DNA of 64,000 bases from assembly GCA_019058245.1 (NCBI GenBank), contig JAHPZJ010000013.1, forward strand, positions 297,166-361,165. Direction: 5' to 3'. The notes under the pieces were generated by a model that saw nothing but the letters and a program-made list of their open reading frames with translations, made no database searches and had not been told where the DNA came from. Position numbers and translations under genes: made by a program. Shown here in pieces: positions 30,421-38,445 of this stretch (the stretch's first letter is position 1; each line of letters begins with the position of its first letter). This DNA comes from Promethearchaeota archaeon. GTDB lineage: Archaea; Asgardarchaeota; Lokiarchaeia; Sigyniarchaeales; SOKP01.

Positions 30421-30984
30421 ATGCCTTTAGATCAAATTGATAGACAAATTCTAAAATTATTATTTGAAAATGGTCGAGAAAGCTTAAGCTCATTGAGTTT
30501 AAACGTTTTAAAATCAAACAAAGAAACAATGAGTCATGCAGGTATTGCAAAAAGAATTTCAAAATTGGAGGATGAGCGTATACTTAAAATACAAGGTAAT
30601 ATTGGTATTAAGAATTTAAACTATTTTGCCGCATTTATCTTGATTGAAATGAAAAATTATGATGAACTACAAAATATAATTGAAGCTTATTCAGAATGTC
30701 CAAGAGTTTTTCTGCTGGCACAAGTTACAGGTCAATATAATTTGATATTAGGGATTATCGGGCAAAATGTGGATGTTTTACATCGATATATTAATTATTG
30801 TGGTCCTACAAATAAAAAAGGAATTTTACACTCTATGGTAATGTTCACATCCGAAATAATAGTACCTCAATTTCTTCCCCTTAATCTCTTTAGTGGTATA
30901 AGTAAGGAAGATAAATGTAGCAACATTTGTTGTGATTGTGCAGCATTTCTTGATAAAAAATGCAGTGGATGTGGTAACTTTTAA
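30421..30984 (+). CDS. Lrp/AsnC family transcriptional regulator with a C-terminal Cys-rich (metal/Fe-S) extension
   Basis: LDQIDRQILKLLFENGRES...RISKLEDERI HTH; VTGQYNL RAM motif; tail CSNICCDCAAFLDKKCSGC. Confidence 0.88.
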   Translation: MPLDQIDRQILKLLFENGRESLSSLSLNVLKSNKETMSHAGIAKRISKLEDERILKIQGNIGIKNLNYFAAFILIEMKNYDELQNIIEAYSECPRVFLLAQVTGQYNLILGIIGQNVDVLHRYINYCGPTNKKGILHSMVMFTSEIIVPQFLPLNLFSGISKEDKCSNICCDCAAFLDKKCSGCGNF

Positions 30985-31136
30985 AATTAGGACTATATCT
31001 TAGTTTATATAACATCAACTAAATATTTTGGGTAATTTCTTTCTAAAACCTCATATAGAATAATAAATAGGATTTTTGTATATAAGTTTGTACCATTTTT
31101 GGACAAATTAAATAGCAATAAAAGAATGAAAGCGTT

Positions 31137-31231
31137 GTTTCATATTGAAACTTTATTTTCTATATTGTTGAAATTTGAAACAAGACTTATTTCTGAGGTT
31201 TAAATTATCCAATTTAAGAAATGCTTATAAG
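31137..31231 (+). promoter_or_regulatory. Putative Lrp-type operator array and TATA box upstream of the HxxCH-protein/ccm operon
   Basis: Perfect GTTTCA-TAT-TGAAAC (31137), GTTGAA-ATT-TGAAAC (31167), GTTTAA half-site (31198), CTTATAAG (31224). Confidence 0.7.
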
Positions 31232-31295
31232 TAAGCTATTTCTTTTAAGTTTAAAGTAATCTTTTTAAAAAAAATAAATATCTTTAAATTTAAAA

Positions 31296-31970
31296 GTGAT
31301 TCTGAAAATGAACAAGAAAATTTTGAGATTGTTCATTATATTCTTCTTTGTTTTTGCAACTATAGGAACTGTTAGTGCTTGGCCTGGATATATGACAGAA
31401 TGGGACGAAACTGATCATGGATCATGTCATGCGGGAACCTATACTGAGTCTACAGGTACATTATCTGCAACAATTACTCCTGTAAATACCACAACTGTTA
31501 CACTCGATCCTGGAACTACCTTTAATGTTACCCTTGATATTACAGGATTTACTGCGGCAGCAAATATGCACGTTTTAGTTGGTATATCTGCTAAAATTAG
31601 TGATAATCATGATTTTTTTTTTGGTGTTCATAATGATACAGGAGAGCTTGGGGCAACTGCCTTTGAGATTGGATTAGACGCCTCTGGAAATGCTAATAAC
31701 ACAGTAACTATTATTACATTCGCTCCTACTACTGGTGGTTCTCATACATTAACAATTGTGGCTGTTGAAGGAGGAGAATCATTCTCTACTTATCACCCAT
31801 TTAATTACATTAAAACTGAAATAACAGTTACAGTTAAATCTACAAGTAGTGGTGGTATTCCAGGATACAGTATTTTCTTCATTATTTCAGCAGGGATTAT
31901 AACTACTGTACCAATAGTATTAATTATACTTCGTAAAAGAAAAAATCATAAAGGAGTTGAGTTCAATTGA
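31296..31970 (+). CDS. Secreted, C-terminally anchored putative haem protein with an H-x2-C-H motif (likely ATG at 31308)
   Basis: Signal peptide ...TVSA|WPG; DHGSCH holds the only Cys; beta-rich body; GGIPGYS-TM-RKRK sorting/anchor tail; first gene upstream of ccmC. Confidence 0.65.
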   Translation: MILKMNKKILRLFIIFFFVFATIGTVSAWPGYMTEWDETDHGSCHAGTYTESTGTLSATITPVNTTTVTLDPGTTFNVTLDITGFTAAANMHVLVGISAKISDNHDFFFGVHNDTGELGATAFEIGLDASGNANNTVTIITFAPTTGGSHTLTIVAVEGGESFSTYHPFNYIKTEITVTVKSTSSGGIPGYSIFFIISAGIITTVPIVLIILRKRKNHKGVEFN

Positions 31971-32644
31971 AGAAGAATAAAATGATTGTGTTAGCTGTAA
32001 TTACTACAATGATATTCGGTTTAGTAGGTTATGTAGTTGCTCATCCCACAGAAATTGTAAATTATACGGGAGCAACTCATGTTTCAACTGGTTGTCATGG
32101 TACAAATGGCGTTGCTTCTAGCGGAACTCTTCAAGTATCAGCCTCAACTTCTGGTAAGTTGATTACTCTTACTGCTACAATACAAGGATTTACAGATGCA
32201 ATTACGACAAATAATAGATCTGGGACATTTTCTATCGGAATTCCTTATGATCTTGGAGATAATAGGGAATTTGGACTAGGAATAGCGCAGAATACTGTTA
32301 ATGGCGAAACTAATTATTGGGGAATTGGTATATGGGACGTTGAGTTAGATTCAAATGGAAATACAGTTAATCCCTTGAAATTTAGAGTGCTAGCTCCTGA
32401 AGCTGAAGGATCATATAATTTAATTGTTGCTGTTATAAATGGAGCAAATACAGCGGGAGATGTACAAAGTATTATTTATATGCACAAAATAATATCTGTT
32501 ATAGTAACCGGTGGAAGTGTAACAATTGCTTCTCTAACTATGATCTTTCCTCTAAATAATATATTTCTTTATGCAACTTTCGGAATATTTGGTACTGGGA
32601 TGATGATTTTCGTGTTTAAGCGTAGAAAAATTAGAAAAAATTAA
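31967..32644 (+). CDS. Secreted, C-terminally anchored putative haem protein with an H-x4-C-H motif (paralog of the upstream gene)
   Basis: Signal ...YVVA|HPT; THVSTGCHG holds the only Cys; shares 'DN..F', 'LD.SGN/LDSNGN' and 'AP...GS..L.(I/V)' with the upstream gene; C-terminal TM plus KRRK. Confidence 0.65.
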   Translation: MKKNKMIVLAVITTMIFGLVGYVVAHPTEIVNYTGATHVSTGCHGTNGVASSGTLQVSASTSGKLITLTATIQGFTDAITTNNRSGTFSIGIPYDLGDNREFGLGIAQNTVNGETNYWGIGIWDVELDSNGNTVNPLKFRVLAPEAEGSYNLIVAVINGANTAGDVQSIIYMHKIISVIVTGGSVTIASLTMIFPLNNIFLYATFGIFGTGMMIFVFKRRKIRKN

Positions 32645-32717
32645 CTAAATCTAACTATAATAATTAATTTTTTTTTTATAAACCTTAAAATTTTAAATGA
32701 AAAAACAAATTTTTTAA

Positions 32718-33524
32718 ATGTCTGTTAAAAAAGTAAAGGAAAGATCTAATTCAAATTTAAAGAGTATAATGATACGAAATAAAAAAGATCAATTAGATCT
32801 ATTGAAAATCGTTAAACATCATTTATTATTAACAATTTCACTTATTATGTTAATTATTAGTTTATTATTAATTATAATTTTAACTTCAAATAATCTAATT
32901 ATTTGGGGTTCACCTAATCGAATTATCTATACTATTTTTTTTTATCATGTATCCGGAGCATGGCTTTCATATTTCTCTTTTGGAATTAGTTTGATTTTTC
33001 ATATTCTATATTTAAAGTCTCGTAAAAATATTTGGATTAACTTGGGTAAAAATAGTATACTAGTTGGAGTATGTTTTTCTGGATTTACTCTTATAACAGG
33101 TTCGCTTTGGTTTAATGCTACATCGGGAGATTATAATAATATTTTTTGGGTATGGGGTGATGCTCGACAGACTACTACATTAGTATTATTCCTTTCTTAT
33201 TTATCTTATCTTGTATTTGCTAAAATGATTGAAGACAGGGAAAAAAAGGCTAAATTAACAGCACTACTTGGTATCGTGCTATTTCCAACAGTTCCCTTAA
33301 GTTACATTTCTACAATAGTTTTTACAAGTTTACATCCTTTAATTAACCCAACTCCTGGTGAACCTGGAAATATTTACTGGGATCCTTTGAAACTATTTAT
33401 GTTATTTTTCAATTTAATTGCAATGACCATATTATTTATGTATATTATAAAAGAATTAACTTTTTTAGATAAAAAAAAAGATGAATTAGAGAAAATTAAA
33501 CAAATTCGTTTATTGAGAGATTAA
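32718..33524 (+). CDS. ccmC: Cytochrome c maturation haem-handling protein CcmC
   Basis: FFYHVSGAW, LITGSLW...FWVWGDARQTT (WWD domain), TSLHP; six TM helices. Confidence 0.88.
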   Translation: MSVKKVKERSNSNLKSIMIRNKKDQLDLLKIVKHHLLLTISLIMLIISLLLIIILTSNNLIIWGSPNRIIYTIFFYHVSGAWLSYFSFGISLIFHILYLKSRKNIWINLGKNSILVGVCFSGFTLITGSLWFNATSGDYNNIFWVWGDARQTTTLVLFLSYLSYLVFAKMIEDREKKAKLTALLGIVLFPTVPLSYISTIVFTSLHPLINPTPGEPGNIYWDPLKLFMLFFNLIAMTILFMYIIKELTFLDKKKDELEKIKQIRLLRD

Positions 33525-33530
33525 TTAAAG

Positions 33531-33677
33531 ATGTCAATAGAGTATCTGGACCAAGATTTACTAACAATAATTATAAGTTATTTGTTATTCTGGGCTATTT
33601 TAATCATCCTAATTTTATATCCAAAACTAAAGTTAAAAAAAGTTCTTAAAAGTATTAAAAGATTAGAAAATTCATAA
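33531..33677 (+). CDS. ccmD: CcmD-like small membrane protein (48 aa; not in the ORF track)
   Basis: Manual translation MSIEYLDQDLLTIIISYLLFWAILIILILYPKLKLKKVLKSIKRLENS*. Single TM with SY, then a basic tail; lies between ccmC and ccmE. Confidence 0.7.
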   Translation: MSIEYLDQDLLTIIISYLLFWAILIILILYPKLKLKKVLKSIKRLENS

Positions 33678-33691
33678 AACAGGTGTGAAAT

Positions 33692-34030
33692 GTGAAAAAA
33701 TCTAGAATTATAGCAATTATTGGAGTTGTTGTTTCGATTGGTGTTATAATAGCTTTATTATCTATAAATACACGTCCTTACCTCAAAGTATCTCAAGTTG
33801 TATCACATTCCACTCGTTATGATAATAAAGAAATTCAAATTATTGGTATTGTCGAAGGATATGTTTCCAGTGATTTTAATTTAACTGAGGGTGAGCATAG
33901 TATCTTTATTGATATTAATAACATTTCTCCTCCTAGTACGCTAAAAAATGGAATTGAAGTTGTTGTAATTGGAATTTTTAGTTCTAACCTAATTTTAGTA
34001 GCGGAACAGATTCTTACTCAATGTAGTTAG
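33692..34030 (+). CDS. ccmE: Haem chaperone CcmE, Cys-type, truncated after C-S
   Basis: N-terminal TM, 'YLKVSQV', 'PPSTLKNGIEVVVIG', 'AEQILTQCS*' corresponding to A..(V/I)L.K(H/C)xxxY. Confidence 0.8.
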   Translation: MKKSRIIAIIGVVVSIGVIIALLSINTRPYLKVSQVVSHSTRYDNKEIQIIGIVEGYVSSDFNLTEGEHSIFIDINNISPPSTLKNGIEVVVIGIFSSNLILVAEQILTQCS

Positions 34031-34035
34031 AAAAT

Positions 34036-34761
34036 TTAGTCATACAAAAGTACATGAGAAATTAAAGTTAAGATTGAAATCATAAGGATTATATGAGCAA
34101 ACAAAAATCCTATTTCATAAATTAGATCATGTACTAATACTCCTTGTAATAGTTTTATATTTAATGAAATTATTGGAGTTGTTATAGGAATAATTAGAGG
34201 GAAAAGTATAATTGGTAAGATAAAAGACTTGTTTTTAGCATACATTGATAAAGCGGACACCAGACTTCCGCTTATAGATAAATCAAAAGTAGGCAATATG
34301 ATTCCTAAAATGATGTAGGTTAATACTTGAATTGAACTTATTCTACCTATTAACGGTGCAGATAAAAAGAAACTAAAAAGGTACAAAATACTCTCGATTA
34401 AAGTCATTAAAATTAAACAATATATAGTTTTACTGTAAAGAATTATATTTGGATAGATTGGAGATGAAATTAGACCATTTATCGTACCCGATTCCTTTTC
34501 TTTGATGAATAATTTTGCCATAATATAGATAAGAGTAAAAAAGATAATTATCCAATTTTGAATCATAAAAATCTCTAAAGGCATATTTTGATATTGAGTT
34601 CCAAAATTATAAACTGATGAGAATATGAAAATTGAGATAATATCAAAAAGAATTACAGCAAATAAATCATTCACTTGCCGAACTTCAGATTTAATATCTT
34701 TTATAAGTATAGTTTTAAATTGCTTTAATTTTAATTTTAATGATATATTTTCTGTTTTCAA
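34036..34761 (-). CDS. ccmB: Haem ABC exporter permease CcmB
   Basis: KDIKSEVR, FIKEKESGTINGLISSP, ILPIILFPLIIP. Confidence 0.88.
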   Translation of the reverse strand: MKTENISLKLKLKQFKTILIKDIKSEVRQVNDLFAVILFDIISIFIFSSVYNFGTQYQNMPLEIFMIQNWIIIFFTLIYIMAKLFIKEKESGTINGLISSPIYPNIILYSKTIYCLILMTLIESILYLFSFFLSAPLIGRISSIQVLTYIILGIILPTFDLSISGSLVSALSMYAKNKSFILPIILFPLIIPITTPIISLNIKLLQGVLVHDLIYEIGFLFAHIILMISILTLISHVLLYD

Positions 34762-34773
34762 AAAAACACCTTT

Positions 34774-35493
34774 TTAAAATAGTGATTCAATTTCATCAAA
34801 TTCTTCATCTGTAATCCTTTTTTCAATTCTGCCTTTTTTTAAAATAATCAAATCATTACATAATTGTTGAAATAAGTCTGTCTTATGGGTCGTAAGAATT
34901 ACTGTAACATTTTTTTTTTGATTCATTTCTCTGATAAATTTAATTAGCCTATCTGTTGCTGCATAATCTAAACCAGAAAAGGGTTCATCTAAAAATAATA
35001 TTGAGGGTCTATGGATTATAGATCTTATCAATTCTACCTTTTGTTTCATTCCATGGGATAAAGTTCTTACAGGTTCATTAATCCAATCTGTAAGCTCAAA
35101 TCTTTCAACTAATTTGTTAATTTCCCGCATAATATCTCCTTTTTCAAAAATTAAATGTAAGTTACAATAGAATTTTAAATTCTCATAAACAGTTAATTCC
35201 TCATATAGAAAGGATTCATCAATAGTTATTCCAATATTCTGATAAATAATTCTTGAATTTTCTTTATAATTCATTCCCCCTATTTCAACATTTCCAAAAG
35301 TAGGTTTAATCAATCCTGATAGTATTTTAATAAGAGTTGTTTTACCCGCTCCATTCGCACCAGCTATCCCAAATATTGTACTTTTTTTAATAGTAAAAGA
35401 ATTATTTTTGAGGGCAAAAAAAAACCCATATTGTTTTGAAATGTTATTACAATTTATTAAATTATTATCGGATTCAACCATAATCTGAATCAT
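34774..35493 (-). CDS. ccmA: ABC ATPase CcmA
   Basis: GANGAGKTT, LSHGMKQK, LFLDEPFSGLD; directly upstream of ccmB. Confidence 0.85.
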   Translation of the reverse strand: MIQIMVESDNNLINCNNISKQYGFFFALKNNSFTIKKSTIFGIAGANGAGKTTLIKILSGLIKPTFGNVEIGGMNYKENSRIIYQNIGITIDESFLYEELTVYENLKFYCNLHLIFEKGDIMREINKLVERFELTDWINEPVRTLSHGMKQKVELIRSIIHRPSILFLDEPFSGLDYAATDRLIKFIREMNQKKNVTVILTTHKTDLFQQLCNDLIILKKGRIEKRITDEEFDEIESLF

Positions 35494-35668
35494 ATATATT
35501 ATGAAATTTAAAAATTATAATAATTTGAAGGAATTAAAAGTAAAAAAATAATTGTTATTTAATTTATATTATCGAATTTAATTTTCTTGTTATTAATTTG
35601 AATAGGATTGAAATTTCATTAGTTGTTATAATCTATAAACCATCTAAATAAAATTTGTGAATTGAAAC

Positions 35669-37360
35669 TCAATTTTTGTTGAAAAAGGTTGTTAATATTG
35701 AAGGAATTATCCCGCTCAATAGAAAAATAAAGCCTGTGATGTAAAAAATATCTTGAAAAATCCAAAAATTCTTACTTATTAAAAATCCGATCATAATAAA
35801 TGAGATTCCAGCATGAATTATTGTTTTAGAATTTAACTTGAAAAAATGTTTGATTCCTTTCTTAAATTTTAAATTTGTTATAATAGACCAAAAAGACACT
35901 ATTACCGCTATAAAAAATATTCCTATAGAGGGATTAATCCAAATATCAAGAAGCACTAATCCTATGACTGAAAATATTGATTGAATCGTAAAGACTATAA
36001 TTATCAAGCATATCATTAATTTTATCCCAATTTTTTCATAAGTAATACAAAAGATTAATGATAAAGACAAACAAATAGCTAATGTTAATGTAGTTATAAT
36101 AAAATAATCTGTCCCTATATAAATTATGTTTATGGGAAAGAATTCTGATAGTAATACCGTTAAAGGTGTAACAAAAAGCCCGAATATGCATACAAAAGAT
36201 AAGCTAAATAAAAATATGTAACTTAAGTAATTAAAGAGAAGCTTCAATTTTCTATAATCCTGTAATATATAATCAAGAATAATATATATTACGTAGAGAG
36301 AAAATATTATTAAAATTAATCCAGTTATAGTCAACCAAATAATTAATTCAGTTCCTCCAATATAAGAATGAAGTGGAGATATTCCTGCTCTTGTAACTAG
36401 TGTAGAAAAAATAATAGCAATAAAGATTAATCCAAGATTTACTTTCACTAAATTTTGATTTTTCTTTTGAAAAGTCATAGTATGAAAGTAAGCAGTAATG
36501 AAAAACCATGGGATAAGAGATACTGTTTCAACCTGATCCCAACCCCAATATCTTCCCCAGTTCAATGCAATCTTAGCCCAATATGCACCCAATCCAATAC
36601 CTAAAGTAAGAATCAACCATCCAAACTTTAAAGTAAATTTATAAAAATTTTGTTGAAACGATTCTAATAGAGTTGTGTCTTTTGTTAAAATTTCTGCAAT
36701 CACGACTGTAAATGGAATTAGAAAAATCGCATATGCAATAAATGTAAAAAATGGATGCCAAATCATAAATGGAGATATTAAAAGTGGATTCAAGCCTAAT
36801 CCATCAGAAGGAGACGATGATTGGAGTTCAAAAGGATTTAAATAAAATAATATTATCAAAAAAAGGGATGAAACTATCGATGATATTATAACAGATCGAA
36901 TGAATACGATATCTTTATTGTTATTATTTCCCATTCGAAATAGATTGATCATTATTGCATTAAATAACATCCATGTCATGATGGATCCTTCTTCACCAGC
37001 CCAAATAGCAACAATTTTATAAATTATAGGGAGTGAATTATTGCTAAAACTCCACACATATATAATTTTATAGATGTTATTTAGAAAGCTGTAAACCATA
37101 ATTAAAAATAAAATCACCGATAGGCTCATTGATAAAATTGATAAAAAATAAGCATTTTGTTTTTTAACAATTAATAGAATAAGATCCAAAATCATGATTA
37201 TTATTAAAAAAATGATTAAAAAGTTGCCTAGAAAGGATATAAAAACAATTCTATAACTTAATTCTATTAAATCTAATACTAAAGGAATTATTAATATAAA
37301 GATAAGAATTAAGCTGAAATTAATAATAACCAGCTTTTTTATCGATATATTAATAGACAT
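35669..37360 (-). CDS. ccmF: Cytochrome c synthetase CcmF (compact form)
   Basis: WAGEEGS, GLNPLL...WHP, GAYWA...WGRYWGWDQVETVSLIPW, TRAG...HS, C-terminal IIHAG. Confidence 0.92.
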   Translation of the reverse strand: MSINISIKKLVIINFSLILIFILIIPLVLDLIELSYRIVFISFLGNFLIIFLIIIMILDLILLIVKKQNAYFLSILSMSLSVILFLIMVYSFLNNIYKIIYVWSFSNNSLPIIYKIVAIWAGEEGSIMTWMLFNAIMINLFRMGNNNNKDIVFIRSVIISSIVSSLFLIILFYLNPFELQSSSPSDGLGLNPLLISPFMIWHPFFTFIAYAIFLIPFTVVIAEILTKDTTLLESFQQNFYKFTLKFGWLILTLGIGLGAYWAKIALNWGRYWGWDQVETVSLIPWFFITAYFHTMTFQKKNQNLVKVNLGLIFIAIIFSTLVTRAGISPLHSYIGGTELIIWLTITGLILIIFSLYVIYIILDYILQDYRKLKLLFNYLSYIFLFSLSFVCIFGLFVTPLTVLLSEFFPINIIYIGTDYFIITTLTLAICLSLSLIFCITYEKIGIKLMICLIIIVFTIQSIFSVIGLVLLDIWINPSIGIFFIAVIVSFWSIITNLKFKKGIKHFFKLNSKTIIHAGISFIMIGFLISKNFWIFQDIFYITGFIFLLSGIIPSILTTFFNKN

Positions 37361-37550
37361 TAAAAAAACACCTAGAATGTATTATTTAAGGGTTTTAATA
37401 AAGGTTTTTAAAAATAAAACTTGGGTATAATTTAGGTGCAATTTTTGCTATAAATCTTTAAAAAAATCTTTATTTTTAAATTATATAAACAAGATATAAA
37501 AAGCAATACTCATAGATTAAAAATATTTCAGCTTGAGTAAATGATAAATC

Positions 37551-38423
37551 ATGAATAAGAAAATTTTTTACTTTGGTACTTGCATTATTGTGTTGATGAC
37601 TTTCTCACTTTTTATCTTCGGAACCGCAAGGCCTCAATTTGGAGACACTCATTCTGAGAGTGGATGTCATGGATCATCGGGGGGTTATACAATTTCGTAT
37701 ACCACACCTGAAGAAAATCTTATAAATAATACTCCTTATTTTACTTTTAACATTTCTGCTAGTGGACCTGATTTATTTGTACAAGCTTATCCTGGTGCGA
37801 AAGATAATGACAATTTTAATATTATTCCTTCAAATAATAAAATAGTCGACGATTCGGAAAATGATTTAAATCCAAATCACGATGCAATGAATATCATTTT
37901 CAATGTAACACCAACTGTAGAACAAAAATCTTATACATTGTTCATACTTGCAGGTAATAATATAACTGGGGGTCGACAATTCGCTTATGTTGAGATTGTA
38001 ATTGGAATTCAGCCTGGATTTGATTTCTCTTCTGTAATACTCGATCATTTAGGTTTATATTTAGGATTACCAGCTTTGTTATTAGTTTCGATTGCAACTG
38101 TCCTAGTTTTAGTAAATGAAAATAAATTCGTAAAGGTTCATGGATTACTGGCTGGTGGTGCATGGATTTTAACAATCATTAATGTTATTGTTGCTGTAAT
38201 AAAAATACCTGCGAGAGCTTGGCTTGGGGGTTATAATTTAGTTTATCATCTTCCTCATATAATTCTTGGCTCGATTGGTTTGGTTACTGGTTTTTTAAGT
38301 ATATTGTTTGGAATTGCGGCAGAGAGGAGACCAGCAAAAATCACAGGATATATTACTGTACTCTGTTGGTGGGGTGCTTTCTTTTTAGGTTTTTTTCTAA
38401 ACTCCAATTTATTTTTAATTTGA
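37551..38423 (+). CDS. Secreted H-x4-C-H domain fused to a four-TM cytochrome b561-like domain
   Basis: Signal ...FGTA|RPQ; THSESGCHG; TM histidines in DHLGLYLG, FVKVHGLL and LPHIILG. Confidence 0.62.
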   Translation: MNKKIFYFGTCIIVLMTFSLFIFGTARPQFGDTHSESGCHGSSGGYTISYTTPEENLINNTPYFTFNISASGPDLFVQAYPGAKDNDNFNIIPSNNKIVDDSENDLNPNHDAMNIIFNVTPTVEQKSYTLFILAGNNITGGRQFAYVEIVIGIQPGFDFSSVILDHLGLYLGLPALLLVSIATVLVLVNENKFVKVHGLLAGGAWILTIINVIVAVIKIPARAWLGGYNLVYHLPHIILGSIGLVTGFLSILFGIAAERRPAKITGYITVLCWWGAFFLGFFLNSNLFLI

Positions 38424-38445
38424 TAATATTAAGTGATATCTCAAG

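Noticed and set aside
34028-34039. Pyrrolysine or readthrough at the ccmE TAG restoring CxxxY
   Set aside because: Readthrough gives C-S-x-K-I-stop with no Tyr, and no pyl genes are in the window
37406-37449. Possible Lrp boxes in the ccmF/37551 divergent promoter, and a single box at 51887 before hypE
   Set aside because: The matches are weak or unpaired and the spacing is off (29 bp); they cannot be distinguished from AT-rich background by eye
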